From Eledone cirrhosa (Eukaryota), in assembly GCA_964016885.1 (NCBI GenBank), contig OZ024743.1, positions 290,656,001-290,720,000 of the forward strand: a DNA stretch of 64,000 nt, given 5' to 3'. The notes below the pieces were generated by a model, which saw only the letters and a program-made list of their open reading frames with translations, was not told the origin of the DNA and ran no database searches. Shown one piece after another: positions 1 through 14,390 of this stretch. The first letter of the stretch is position 1; the number at the start of each line of letters is the position of its first letter. A program made the position numbers and the translations under genes.

Positions 1-483
1 TCATACCTGCAGCATCAATCTATTGTTTTATTGGATAAAACTATAATTCGAAACCAATGACACAAAGTAGATCAATATGACAAAAAAAAAAAATGAAATC
101 AGGTTCATATAGTCAAAAATGCTCCTTTAAAAAATAATAAATCTTCAGAAGTTCACCATTTTTACTTATATTTCAGACTGTCAATATGTCATGTTAAAAA
201 GAAAATTACATGAACAGAAAAATGTGTATATATTGATTGAAAGAAAGGCCTTTATCAAAATGACAATGAAAATTGCTATTTTGTGCACCACAAATATTTT
301 CATTGCTGTTGTATCTGAAATCCATTGTTTCTGATTAAAATGGGAAAGTACATTTTATGTCTCTACCTCTAGCATATTTACGATACTTCTGCTTACTTCT
401 TTCTTTCTAATTATGTTTTCATATCTTTTTTATTCCTTATCAGTTATAAAATAAAAATTTACGGTCGCACACAAACAGTTGGT

Positions 484-598
<115 letters not shown>

Positions 599-601
599 AA
601 T

Positions 602-1555
602 AACAATATATTTAGAAACACACAGATACACGGCCTCGATATGAATACCCCCTCCGCCTCCGTGGTATTTTCTTCGTGGTTATAAGAGGCTTAGCTCTGT
701 TTCTCGACCGTTATATCGCGTGAATATCTCCCCCTCCGCCTTTTGGGATTCTTTCTCACGTCGTGTAGACGCGTTCTTGAGACTAGTAAAATGAGGTATC
801 CTCTTGATAAGTCGGCAGACCTCGCAAGGACTCTATATCTTTATGATATATTGTTTTTGTTTATGCCACGAAACTACGTAGTCGAGGAATTTAGGAGCAG
901 TTTAGGTATGATACATTTTATTACTAATTATATCTAAATGTTTCTTCTCTCTTCATAATGTATTTTTAACTCTGATACTGGTTCAGTCTAGTTCAACTGA
1001 ATTGGTCTGTCCCAGTCATTCATTGAGCAACATCGGTGAAGTTGGCACCCTTAACTCACAGTTGGGTGCGAATGCATTCATGTATATATGTGTGTGTCCG
1101 CATATATCTGTGTGTTTCTAAATATATTGTTAATAACACCCTCTGGTCGAGCAATCTCTGAAGTGTGGGGACAACTGGAAAGCTTCCATTACTCATACTT
1201 CTCGCCTTCTTCACCACCTCTTCTACGGCCTCGATATGAATACCCCCTCCGCCTCCGTGGTATTTTCTTCGTGGTTATAAGAGGCTTAGCTCTGTTTCTC
1301 GACCGTTATATCGCGTGACTATCTCCCCCTCCGCCTTTTGGGATTCTTTCTCACGTCGTGTAGACGCGTTCTTGAGACTAGTAAAATGAGGTATCCTCTT
1401 GATAAGTCGGCAGACCTCGCAAGGACTCTATATCTTTATGATATATTGTTTTTGTTTATGCCACGAAACTACGTAGTCGAGGAATTTAGGAGCAGTTTAG
1501 GTATGATACATTTTATTACTAATTATATCTAAATGTTTCTTCTCTCTTCATAATG

Positions 1556-1557
<2 letters not shown>
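602..1557 (+). repeat. Partial-tandem repeat with short inverted terminus (PLE pseudo-LTR-like architecture)
   Basis: 629-962 is nearly identical to 1225-1557 (~333 bp; the same 64-aa ORF appears twice in the track). 602-628 (aacaatatatttagaaacacacagata) is the reverse complement of ~1105-1131. Confidence 0.7.
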
Positions 1558-1646
<89 letters not shown>

Positions 1647-1677
1647 TCACGCACATTTACAAACACACACAGACATA

Positions 1678-1767
<90 letters not shown>

Positions 1768-1770
1768 GAG

Positions 1771-2330
1771 GCTCCCATACAGCTCTGAGTTTCTCATCCT
1801 CAGTGTATACTGATTAATGTTCAGAGCCATCCTCAGCATTCTCGTGTAGCACCCATCCACCATCTGAGTGAGTTTCTTGGTAAGTGTCCACGTATCAGGC
1901 TCGTACAGCAGCACAGACTCCACTACAGCAATGAAGAGGCGGATTTTCAAGTGCTTACGAAGGTTTGACTTCCAACTGATCTCAAGCTGTGGCACGCCGC
2001 CCAGGCTTTGCTCTGTCTCTCAACCACATCATATTCCGTATTCCCATCTTTGGTCCCAAATACAGGAAGTCGTCAAACAATTCTAGCGGCTTCCCGCACA
2101 GCGGAGATTGAGGTTAGCTGGATATGCTCACCGACATCCAGAGTTGACATTGCACTCAGTGCTCCTGTGGGGGCCCCTACATGGACACACTGGAAAAGGA
2201 AGATAAAGGTTAACGATGCTGATGCCCTAAGGACAGACACTGGTCTGTTGGAGACGGAGGACATGGCTGCGATAATGACGGACAGAGACCGCTGGAGAGA
2301 CATCGTCCAGGGAATTTTACCCGCCCTAGA
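1771..2330 (+). mobile_element. 5'-truncated RTE-clade LINE fragment with 5' inversion
   Basis: 1771-2097 matches 24020-24348 in the same orientation, while 2097-2330 is the reverse complement of 23994-23752. Translates to RT thumb-region KIRLFIAVVESVLLY and the C-terminal DRDRWR motif. Confidence 0.92.
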
Positions 2331-2342
2331 ATATATATATGT

Positions 2343-2418
<76 letters not shown>

Positions 2419-2671
2419 AAAATAAGAAAAATGCGAAGTTGTTGTAGATGTTAAAGAGTCCTTTATTGATAAGGCTGTGATACATATTTCAATGGAGTCA
2501 GTGGCCACGTGATTTCAAACAATCAATGTCATGATCTCATCAGACAGCTTTATAATATAATAAGGTTACGTTCTCGAGGCAATCCAAACTAAAGCGGCAA
2601 GGGCCAGACAAGGATAATATTTTTGAAGCCTTTGTTTATTGCATTATGTAATATCAAACATTGCATTATGT

Positions 2672-2787
2672 AATTCAAATCCCGCCGAGGTTAACTTTGC
2701 CTTTCATCCTTACGGGGTCGATAAAATAAAGTACCAGTAATGTATTGGGTAATTGCTGGCCTTGTGCCCTAAATAGAAACAATTATG
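2672..2787 (+). mobile_element. Deu/Nin-domain tRNA-SINE, 5'-truncated
   Basis: ttcaaatcccgccgaggttaactttgcctttcatccttacggggtcgataaaataaagtaccag core, matching the other copies in the window. Confidence 0.85.
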
Positions 2788-4689
2788 TAATGTCAAACAT
2801 AGAAACGATTAAACATTAACTAAATGACACTCAAACCTATGGACTGTGCCGTATATCTTTCACGCTTTACCCAGACAAATGTTACACTGTCTAAGAAATT
2901 GTTCTTTGGAATGAAAAATATTTCGGATTTAACATTTTACCTACATGGCGTTAGCATGTACACGTTCGGTAATCTTTGCTTGATTCATGTGGGGATACAT
3001 AATATTTTCTTCTATTATTGTGTAACAATAAATTGGTGCATAGTATATTTTAATGTGTCAATAATAGCTGGTTTTCTTTTTACTAAAACCTAATCCTGAA
3101 CTGAGCCTTTTATGGAAACATTACCGGTATGTTCAATTCGATGGTTTCAGAAAATGATTATATAGCACCACCCGACAAAATCAATTATTGGGGCTTCTAA
3201 TGCATATTATGACTAAGCATCAACATAAAACTTCTTCTGTTTGTGATAAACAAATATTCCGTATCCCTTAACAAGCAATCTTATTCAAATCATTTATATA
3301 TTTTTGATTATTTAAAAAAAAACGAAAAAAAAACAACAAATTCAACTGCAATATCAGCAGATATTTTCATCGAAATTGTAGCCGATAGGAATATAAAAAA
3401 AATAATGGCAAATTGAAAGAAAGTGTGGGGAATATAATGTGGAACGTTATTTCGGAGATAATATTGAAAAGATTGGAATAGTAGGAGAGATCATTTAAAA
3501 AAGGTTTAACAGTGTGCATAATTTATAGATTACGGAGTGTAAAGTTAATATTTGATTAAAAGATAAAATTGTTTGGGTGTAGGGTATAACATTTCTGCTG
3601 CGAGTAAAAATATAAAACAGATGAATTTTGTATTATGGAGGATATAAGGAAACCAAATTTTTAAGGAAATGCGGAGTGCAATAAAATATATGATATGAGA
3701 GAACAAATCAGTAAAAACTTTGATTCTAAATAGAACAAAATAAAATACAAACATTGAAATATTGAATGAAGATGGATATTTGTCTTGTTTATACATTTAT
3801 TTCATATATCACACGCAGCATTTTGCTTATAATTCGTCAAATACGTTTTAGTTGTTACCTCTCACGTGTTATGGCAAACGATTTCTTGACTACAGATCCT
3901 GGAAATATTATTTCTTCTCAAATATTAATTAATGATTAAATCCTTGCAAAATCAACAGTCAATTGTTATTGCATAATATGTATAAGAATATCTCTTATAT
4001 CAACTAAATAGAACATGTTTCCCAAAATTGTCTGAAATTAATGTATTTACGATGTTTAACGTTATAATTTCGTTAAGAGATAGAATTCATTTTGTTTCAA
4101 TATGTACCAATAGTTTTGGGAGTTAAAAGAGAAAACAGATTTAAAATCATCCCGCAAGTCAGCAATACACAGATGAACTGTCTTTATCCGTAGTGATTTA
4201 AGGTTGGCGTATTTATCATTTAGCCAAATATGTTAAATTTACGGGCTGTAGATATACGAAATCCAACAGGATTTCTAGGAAGCTGGTGGTATAACGTGTA
4301 AATTAGACAGAAAGTTTCAAGCTCAGAAAATAAGAAGATTTGCTCATTGGAATTGAAAGTAATAAGGCATCACAAGACGGTTACAAAAGCTGTGATTGTA
4401 AGAGCACTAGCAATGATAAAACAAGGAACAGAAAATGATTTATTTGAGAATGATGAGTACTTTACCGTCCCTGACAGAAATGCCAAAGGGTTTCAATTGT
4501 AAGACACGGTATTGAGAGGTGCACTATCTCTGTGAGAATGAAAATCATTTCAACGGACGTGACTTAAACAATCTTGTGTGATAATTTCTGTGGTTTATCA
4601 AAGTATGCATTGAAATTCTTTGCCCTAGTTATCGAAAAGCCACTGCGCAAGGAAAGGAAACAAAACTGAAGGAAGCGGAAAAAACACCA

Positions 4690-4872
4690 ATAATAATTGT
4701 TTCTACTTTTGGCACAAGGCCAGCAATTATCCCAGTGTATTACTGGTACTTTATTTTATCGACCCCGTAAGGATGAAAGGCAAAGTTAACCTCGGCGGGA
4801 TTTGAATTGAGACCATAAAGGGCCGTAACTGTAAGCTTCAAAGCATGGCGTCAGACCCTCTACCGTTACAGC
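4690..4872 (-). mobile_element. Deu/Nin-domain tRNA-SINE
   Basis: Reverse complement of the same SINE core, with an (ATT) tail. Confidence 0.85.
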
Positions 4873-7670
4873 CCGAGAAAGTACTGGCATTAAGAAAAAT
4901 TTGTGTTGATGCTGTTGGTTCTCTTGTGTCTTTAAACTGCCGGTAAAGCTGATGTGACAGTCACTGTTGCCGCTGCTGTCTATTCAGCCTTCTGTCGACG
5001 TTGTCACCTCTGCCATATCTTAAGACATTGCTCTTTCCGTTGTTGTTGTTATTCTCGTGGTCACCGTTGTGGCTGATGTCTTTGGCCACTGTGAGTGAGG
5101 CATTGTCATTAGTGAGAAGATTGCCCCCGTCATTTAATATAGGTAGAATGCCTTTAATTGAGCGGTGGCATCATATGTGTGACACCGCTATCTCTTCTGT
5201 CAGCTAATACGGTCAAACCTACGTCAATCACCTCTGGCATTGATTTCAGAGATTTTTTGTTGCCTTCGTTAAGAAGCTCCATACACTTGCCAATCTATTT
5301 ACGTTGTTACCCAACTCGATGATCATGTCATCGCTCATCAATTTCTTTTTATGCATTGTGATTTCGCCTCTTCCATAGAAACCACGAATGTTTTACCTGG
5401 GATGCTGTGCGTTTTCCTCTCCCACACGCACATAAGAATATTCGGATATTTGATTTAATGAGGCATTTAAAATTCTGTGACTTAAATAATTTTTAACGAG
5501 AATAATTTTGAGAAACACGTCTTCTCCATTACTTCTGATGAGTTATGAAGAACCACTCTGCTGCCGTTTATTATGTAATTGTCTAAGATTCCCTTACGAA
5601 GTTTCCGTCATAATATATATTCATGAGGTTTGATGTGATATCTGTGAACGACAGGCCGGCCGAGTAGCTGTCTGATACAAAAGTGGCTGGATTGTTAAAC
5701 GGTTTGTATATTGACTGGTTCACTGAATGTTTGCTTGGCTATTATTATTTTGGGGTGATTGGTGATCACCTTGCATTGCTGATGGTCCGGCTGCCTAGCT
5801 GATGATTATATAACAGGTCTAGTTGTCTCCCTAGATAGGTGTGTGGCTAATCAGCTGACCCATACCATATAAAAGTTGGAAATCGATGTCTTAGAGAGAT
5901 TGAGTGTTATTGTTACTTCTCTCACGATAGCTATGTTGCTTCAGAGCTTCCGGTTCTGCTGGTGTTTCTGGTGGTAAGGAATGTGGTGGTGGTGGCGGTG
6001 GTTATGTTGGTGATGATGGATGTGGTGGAAGTTATTGAGATGCAGGTTTTTCTTCCTTACGGTCACCCAGCATCGAATATAGAGTGAAAGCATTAGAGTT
6101 CTAAAATATTTTTATGCAACATTTTATTATAATAAATAATTATTTCGGTAGTTTCTGCTCCAAGAGACAGAAATTGAATTTGATCCACCCATTCCAAGTT
6201 GGATCGCTATGGAACACAGAAATACGACTTTTTACAGAACCACAATGCAGGTTAATTACAAATAACTTTGGACTGACGATTTGTTTGCTGTAATTGTCAC
6301 TGAGCTTTAATTTTGTTGCTGTACTGTCACTTAGCCTTAATTATACACTTTTTTCAAAGTTTATTGATGACTTGCACGTTTATTTCTAATATCTAATTAA
6401 TCACTAGATGGTAAACTGAAATGAAAATAAAAGTAGTATGCTATACTAAATACATTTACTAAAATTAATTTTTTAATCCGATATTTTGTATAGTAAAATT
6501 CAGCGATAAATGACGTAGGTTGCCTTACAAATTTAAACATCAAAACTGATATTTTATGTAATCAAATTATATGTAAAAATCGATATTTGTATAGAGTATC
6601 GTTTTAACCTGTATTTTCTATAATACAGTAGGAAGCAATGTATCGTTGCGTATATGTTGCTTGTAATAAATGGTCTTACGCAAGAATCAATCTTCTTTTA
6701 CAGAATAATATTTCTTTTACTCCGAAAAGAATAATGCTTCTTTTACTCTGAACACTAGTTAGAATATTTCATACTTTGACACACCAGCAAACCTCACGCT
6801 TTCTAAAATGGAAAATCGATATCATATTCTTAACAAAGTTTCTGTCACCGTACAGATTTCTAGCCCAAATGCTGGAATAATTGAAATTTGCTTTAACGCC
6901 ACCATGAACCCTTTGATTAATTCTACGAAGGTCTATACTGTTGCAAGCATTTGGTTTAGGTTTCTGCTTAAGTTTCCTTTCATAATTCTTACATTCTAGT
7001 TGCAGGGGCTAGGAATCATACACTTTCTTTTGAAAAAGAAAAAAACGATAAAATATCTACGTTAAATAAGTTTGTGAAAAGAGAGAGGCACAGAATCTAA
7101 ATACTTGTGTATATAATATTCTTAATAATAAAATCATATGTGGGACTTCACATAGGTATTTTGTTTTAATGAAATACGTTTTACTGTAGGAGTTTAAATG
7201 AAATTCGCCGTACTCTTTCAAAATTAATTAAAAATCAAAAGCCTCCTTTTAATATGCAATATATATTCCAGACAGTTGATATCTATTTGGACATTTATTT
7301 GGGAGTTAGAGTTGGAAATATAACAAAACCGCAAACGCCTACATATGTAGGAAATGTCAGACAACGGGCTATATATTCAAATACAGAAAAAAATACTAAA
7401 CAGAGACCAAAATAAAGAAGATTATAGCCTCTGAATTGAAACTTTTAGATGTGGCTGTACACTAGCTATAATCCTGGATATGAAATTATTGCAATGAGAT
7501 GTTAAAACGCACTGCTGTTTTAGTACATGTAGCAGAGTCAGTTATTTAGTTACTTTGCTACATACTGCATTGTTTGAAGAAAATTATGTACAAGATTACG
7601 TCAAAGATATGTTCCTGAGAGTGTGATCCACTCCTTCACTGCATATATTTCTCGAAAACAAAACATGGTA

Positions 7671-8609
7671 CAACGAATTAAATATCTAAATTGTATCCAC
7701 ACTCCACATGTACTCAGATTAACACTGGCGATGGTCGTTTAACAATTTTGTTTATTTATTTTCATGATGCTACATCTCTACGTCCCCCGATATAACTTAA
7801 CATAAAGTTATCCTGAAATTCCTGAATTGGGTTCCTTTGATGAATGCTACCACACACCACTCCAAAAAAGTTTCATTTACATAGGTGAAGTAGCTTCACA
7901 CTTTTCACGCACTGGTGGTAGTAAAACACAATATTCACCAGCCTCCAGTATTGGATTCGAATTAATATCATAGCATATCTGTGCATATGTTTCTTTAACA
8001 AAATAATAAAAAAAAAAATAGGCAATACATTCACAATAAATGTAAATTCCTTTTGCTTTGATTAAATGTAATGTATCATGCTTTAAAACACCATTTGCTG
8101 CAACAATATCCGCATGAAAATTGCCAAGAAAACGACGGATATTGAATATTTAATTATATAACATTAACTTCTTTGGTAATCTTAGACGTTTGTCCAAATA
8201 ATAATTTTGATGCCATTCTCCCTCTTTATAATATATATATATATTGGTACATTGATTGTGAATGTATTGCCTATTTGTTTTATTATTTTGTTAAAGGAAC
8301 ATATGCACAGATATTCTTTGATATTAATTCGAATCCATGACTGGAGGCTGGTGAATATTGTGTTTTACTACCATCAGTGCGTAAAAGGTGTGAAGCTACT
8401 ACACCTATGTAAATGAAACTTTTTTGGAGTGGTGTGTGGTAGCATTCATCAAAGGAACCCAATTCAGGAATTCGGGATAACTTTAAGTTAAGTTATATCG
8501 GGGGACGTAGAGATGTAGCATCATGAAAATCAATAAACAAAAGTGTTAAACGACTATCGCCAGTGAGTACATGTGGAGTGTGGATACAATTTAGATATTT
8601 AATTCGTTG
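7671..8609. mobile_element. Non-autonomous Tc1/mariner-type fold-back element with ~370-bp TIRs
   Basis: 7671-8044 is the reverse complement of ~8249-8609 (caacgaattaaatatc ... gatatttaattcgttg), flanked by TA at 7669-70 and 8610-11. The spacer on the - strand reads IVAANGVLKH, resembling a transposase C-terminus. Confidence 0.85.
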
Positions 8610-8625
8610 TACATATTTGATTCGT

Positions 8626-8726
<101 letters not shown>

Positions 8727-8831
8727 GGTAAACAGAAATAACAAATATAGCAAAACAAACGGCACATATGAAAGAAATTAGTATTAGTATTAGCCTGTAT
8801 TATTTTAAGGCTTGACATAGCAGGAATAGAG

Positions 8832-8866
8832 TTTTAAGGTTTCGGACACTAGTCTTTCATCAGAAA
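8832..8866 (-). ncRNA. Degenerate minimal type-I hammerhead ribozyme (family E)
   Basis: Minus strand reads ttt CTGATGA aa gac tagt gtc c GAAA cc TTA aaa. Confidence 0.6.
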
Positions 8867-9349
8867 TAGAAGATAAATAGAAAGTAAGGAGTGATAGGAA
8901 GAGGAAACGGGGAAAATTAGAAAGAAAATTGGTAGAATAAAAACACACGTGCTTATTCAGTGGGCCATATTGGGGAGTGGCTGATCAAGTGGTACATTAT
9001 TTTTCTTTTCTTTTTTTACTATTACTTTGAGGTGGGGATGTTTATATATTTATTCTAACCCTGAAGCTGTTACATGCAAACGCTTTGCCGGAGGAAGATT
9101 TGCAAGGGACGGGTTTTCTTAAAGACTAAAAGTTGGTAGCAAGAAACATTTGATAACTTAGCTTAGTTTCTAAATCATTTTGGGATTTATAAGCACCCGT
9201 GGTAAAATCAAATGTGCCTTCTTGTAAATTGACATTAGTAAGATTAGTGTTTATCTCTATTCGGTACTTGCGGGATTTATCTATGTGATATTCAATTTCC
9301 TGGTCGCTGATATGGCCAAACAAACCGGAGAACTCTATATCCTTTGTTA

Positions 9350-9645
9350 ATAATTGTTTCTACTATTGACACAAGGCCAGCAATTACCTAGTACATTACT
9401 GGTACTTTATTTTATCGACCCCGTAAGGATGAAATGCAAAGCTAACCTCTTTTGTTAATAAATGGTTCTACTTTTGGCACAAGGACAGCAATTACCCAGT
9501 GTATTACGGGTACTTTATTTTATCGACCCCGTACGGATGGAAAGCAAAGTTACCCTCGGCGGGATTTGAACTCATATCATAAAGGGCTCTTTGCTGCAAA
9601 GCATGGCGTCCGACCCTCTACCGATACTGCCAATCCACCGCCTCT
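9350..9645 (-). mobile_element. Two tandem Deu/Nin tRNA-SINE copies (truncated 9350-9449; full-length ~9460-9643)
   Basis: The full copy shows an A box (TGGCAGTATCGG) and B box (GAGTTCAAATCC) on the - strand. The tttgttaataa target sequence occurs at 9343, 9451 and 9646. Confidence 0.88.
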
Positions 9646-11578
9646 TTTGTTAATAATGATCTGGTGATAGAAGTTTAAAATATATTATGTAGAATTGTGT
9701 AAATCTAGCCTTATTTTCCTGTGCGATATTACTGGATTACCATATCACAGAAGTATTGATCCACTGTAATAAGCTGGTATTGTTCTTCATACGTATATTT
9801 ATTTTTCTAAGTATTTCCTTACTTGTTAATCATATTTCTGTTCTAGTGGGGTTAAGTAATCTACATATATATTTGTCAATAATGTCTTATTTATGGTCTC
9901 TCAATGAGATATGAATATTACGTTTAACTAGGTTTGAGTTGTTTTATCTACTTTTAATTTACTAGCGATATGTTTTGCTTCATATAGGTATTTGTTTTAG
10001 CTATCTAGTTATTGGAAGTGCTATATATAATTTATTTTCTTCATATACATTGTTAGTTTTGTCAGCGCACATGATAGTTGTCAAGCGTATATTTAGTTAG
10101 GAAATGGTTTTATACATACGGAACTTGACATCGTTGGTCATATGTACGTAATAAGTCAGTTTTTAGGAAGGTTTTCGTCAATTTTAGCAATTACTCTCTG
10201 TCTACGGACGTCTTCCCTTCTGTGTGCATTCTAGTGTAATTAGAATTGTTATTATTTTACTGGAGTAATCGACCTTATATAATTCCTTCTTGTTGTGTTC
10301 GTGTATTTACTCAGTATTGTACTTCATCTGTCAAACAGAGTACTCTACTACTTCATGGGTGAATATAAATTATATTAAATGAATCACATTTTATAGGCTA
10401 TTAACATTAAATGTTCCTTCTTTTCGTAGCTATTACTTCGCATGCAGCAAAATAATTGTTTCAAGACGATATCGATTAGCTTGCACACACGATATATTCT
10501 ATATTCCGATAATAGTTACGACTATTTCAATAACTGCTGGGTCAACCAGACATGAACTGGGAGTCACTGAAGAAGAAAGCGTAGAATTCAGAATTTTATT
10601 ATTGATTGGGACTTTGTCTCAGAGTAGGAACTGGAAGAATATAGCGTGTTACCTTATTTTGTTTCGGAATTTTATAATCGCTATTGCGTGGTGAGTGAAT
10701 GTGTATGGTTTATGTTTTCTCATGGTAACTGTTTCACAATTGTAAGAGCGTACTCGATCTTTAGTTATGGCAGCGTGTTGTGCTCTTGGGCATGACACTG
10801 GTTACCTCATTGGTTCATTCCATTAGGCATGAAATAAATACAAAATGCAGTTATTGTTAACATTTCAACGGACTGATAGAAGATATATTTTTAGCCTAAT
10901 GTCTACAAAACAGGGAAAATTTGCGAGAATTGAATTGTGACGCGCGGATAAGCTAGCCAGCAGTTATATGTGATTATGGACATGCATTTGTACAGGTCAA
11001 GTGCATGGATTTATGGGTACTCTCCTCGCACACCTCTCCTATCCGTTTCTTTAATTTTCAGAAACTTTCCAACTATTTAAGCTAGATATTTGCATATATA
11101 TGTGCGCATGTATTTTTGCATTTGAGAGGTATAACAATCTCCATTCCCCTGTACAGATTTATTCTTTGTTTCTTAAATTCTAGACTGACGTAGATCATGT
11201 GTAATTACGTGGGAATGACATGTACATGGGCGTAGAAAATCAAGATACGAAAATCTATCGGTAAGAGTAATATAGCTTTCCCTTCTTGTTCGTGTGTGTA
11301 TGTGTTAAGGCGTTCGCGTGTTTAGGTCTAAATACCACCGACGAAAATATTCCTTTCATACCTACGGATTCAATCAAATCTAGAGCAACAGGCTACTGGA
11401 TCATGCAACATACGCTGCTTGACGCAATTAAGCTATTTAGTGCTTCTCACATCCATTAAATTTAGCGGACCGACCACATCCACACACTCACACACACACG
11501 GTCGCGATAATATATGTGTATATATATATTTATATATAGGTTCTATTTATATATATATATATAGGTTTTATCTTTATT

Positions 11579-11632
<54 letters not shown>

Positions 11633-13251
11633 TTTTATTTTTATACATATATGTACCATTATCAAAATCGTAGGAATATATATGGATATTTAATAACATA
11701 TCAAAAATGTACTCTTTAAAAAATAATCTTTCTTATTTACCCAGTTGAAATATTCATAAGGAAAATAATATCATGTAGTTAAAGAATTCTGAATTGCAAA
11801 ATCTTCAGCGTGTAGAAAACAAACGAAAGCCATTGTTATATTACAAAGCTTGCATTAGTTAAACAATTTGAAAACAAAGTATTCAAATATAGTTTGACAT
11901 TTAAAGCGTCTCAGCTGTTTACTGAAATAATCTGACAACTAAAGAGGCAATCATTGAAATGTTCAAATGATTTATTGGCAGATTTCTGACGAGTATATTT
12001 GAGGATTTATCATTTCATTATTATATATATTTGCCTCCAGCAATTCCATTTCACATAGTATAGAAATAAATACACAATTACTGCGGCATAAGCAAGTCAA
12101 TTTCTAATTAAATCAAAGCACAAACCTACTAACTACAAGAATAAATGTTATATAGAAAATGAACAATGAAATATGAAATACATCAACACACCATATTTGA
12201 GAATATAAGATAATCAAATGTAGAAAGTTATACATAGATAGCCAATGATGTTTGCACTCAAATCTATTCAGTTTGTCAATTAAATCTCTCCCAAATCACA
12301 CGCTAATAATTACAGAACTAAATCCGTGTATATGCAATAACTATATCTCCACCTCTAATGGAAGGCATGCACATAGAACATGACAAGAACATCATAACCT
12401 ATTAAACGCGTTTCCCTACCTCTACCTAAATATTCACATATCTGCGATCTGTTCTGTGTTATACATTTGTTCAAGATCCACTTATTTTTTAACAAACAAA
12501 CATACACACAAACATTCAAATGGATTAACTAATGGATAACAAACCTGGATACAATAAGCAAAAGCGGTTTACATTATGCGTATATTCTATCATAGGCGTG
12601 GTATCTCGTGGTTGATGTAGAAACGGCGTTAAATACTTCAATGATAAACGAATGCCAGAAATGCACTTGCATATTTATGGCAAGCTTACATCTTTAGTTC
12701 ATGATTCAAGACAGTTTGTGACATCATGAAGTGTAATGGACATGAACAGATTTTAAAATTTTATTTAGTAATCCTTACTGGGTTACGGCAAAATATAAAT
12801 AAAGAATTTATTCGGAGGTGGCCTGTCCAACATTTACTACGACAAAAACGGCCTATTTTATTAATATATATATAGAGAGAGAGAATGAAAGAGAGAGTAT
12901 ATAGAGAAGGATATATGAAAAATGGAGTGATGTTCGATACAAATCGAAAATTATACATTTAAAATAAAAGTGGAACTACACTGAAGTGTATCTAAAGTAT
13001 ATTTCATTCTTTATTCCAACAAAAGAATAGTTTTATACCTATTTTTTTTTTTTAAATAACGTAGTTTTATCAATATTTTTATTGTTACGACAATCTTTTA
13101 AAATAATAATTAATTTTTGTATTAGAAAATGCTGCCATCATATTTTCAGACCAGATATATATGCACACGCACACACACACAGAGGCACACACACACACAC
13201 ACACACGACACACACAGACACACGGAAACACACACACGCACACACATATAG

Positions 13252-13291
<40 letters not shown>

Positions 13292-13293
<2 letters not shown>

Positions 13294-13500
13294 GTTATTC
13301 CGGGTTGAATCGGAGGTAACCACAGTAAGTAAGGTACTCAATACATAGCAGAGTATAAAAGTTTTAATATAGATGAGATTCTACAGGACTAGAACTGTTT
13401 CATTCATTAGAAATCATCAGGAATCTCATGATAGATTCCTGATGATTTCTAATGAATGAAACAGTTCTAGTCCTGTAGAATCTCATCTATATTAAAACTT
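13292..13500. repeat. Palindromic PLE pLTR-like cassette (family A) with 68-bp perfect inverted arms
   Basis: 13359-13426 is the exact reverse complement of 13433-13500, with a 6-nt spacer (catgat). 13292-13426 is the reverse complement of ~14391-14522. Confidence 0.9.
13433..13483 (+). ncRNA. Type-I hammerhead ribozyme (family A); mirror copy on - strand at ~13373-13429
   Basis: Stem I agattc/gaatct, CTGATGA core, stem II t-ttc(taat)gaa-t, GAAA, stem III acag/ctgt, predicted cleavage GUA after 13477. Confidence 0.85.
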
Positions 13501-13694
13501 ATATATATATATATATGTGTGTGTTTAGGTGCATGCATGTTTAAGGTGTGTATATATGTATATATATGTGTGTATATATATATTTAAAAAAAAAATAAGA
13601 CTTCAGTTGCATTTTCGATTTCATCTCTTTTTCTTTATACTTCCACTCGTGTAGGACACCTCGGTTATTTTTCATTTTGTAAAAAAAACCTCAC

Positions 13695-13770
<76 letters not shown>

Positions 13771-13826
13771 GTGTGTGTGTGTATGCATGTATATGTATGT
13801 ATGTGTGCGCATGTGCGTATATATAT

Positions 13827-13884
<58 letters not shown>

Positions 13885-13951
13885 TAATGTGTGTATGTGT
13901 GTATATGTGTATATATATATGTACGTGTATGTATGTATGTATGTATATGTA

Positions 13952-14096
<145 letters not shown>

Positions 14097-14390
14097 GTGT
14101 AGGGGGATGCGCGCGCGCGTGTGTGTGTGTGTGTTTGTGAATGTGTCTGTTGACATTTGGAATATATATAGCTTAAGAGAAACTTAAAAGTAAGGAGTGG
14201 CACCCCATTTTTAACTTGTTTGTAGAATTATCTCTACCTTTGTTACTCTAAATATAAACTATAGCTTTAAAGAATTAGCTTTTAATGAATCCCTTTTCTA
14301 TCAACCAATGACCTCTACCCATCCCACTCCCCTACCCTCTCCTACCACCTGAAGAGGCCTATACATACCATATTTATTTTTTGATACCCA

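Noticed and set aside
7-46. Possible minus-strand micro-exon (tag ... cag|gtatga)
   Set aside because: The 34-nt candidate has stops in all three frames and no supporting neighbouring exons.
3300-6300. Faint CR1-like (3300-3800), Tc1-like (4300-4650) and Gypsy gag-like (5200-6300) traces
   Set aside because: Only isolated motif resemblances; too decayed to call without a profile search.
14348-14390. CTGAAGAGGCC as another hammerhead
   Set aside because: No closing stem II or GAAA follows.
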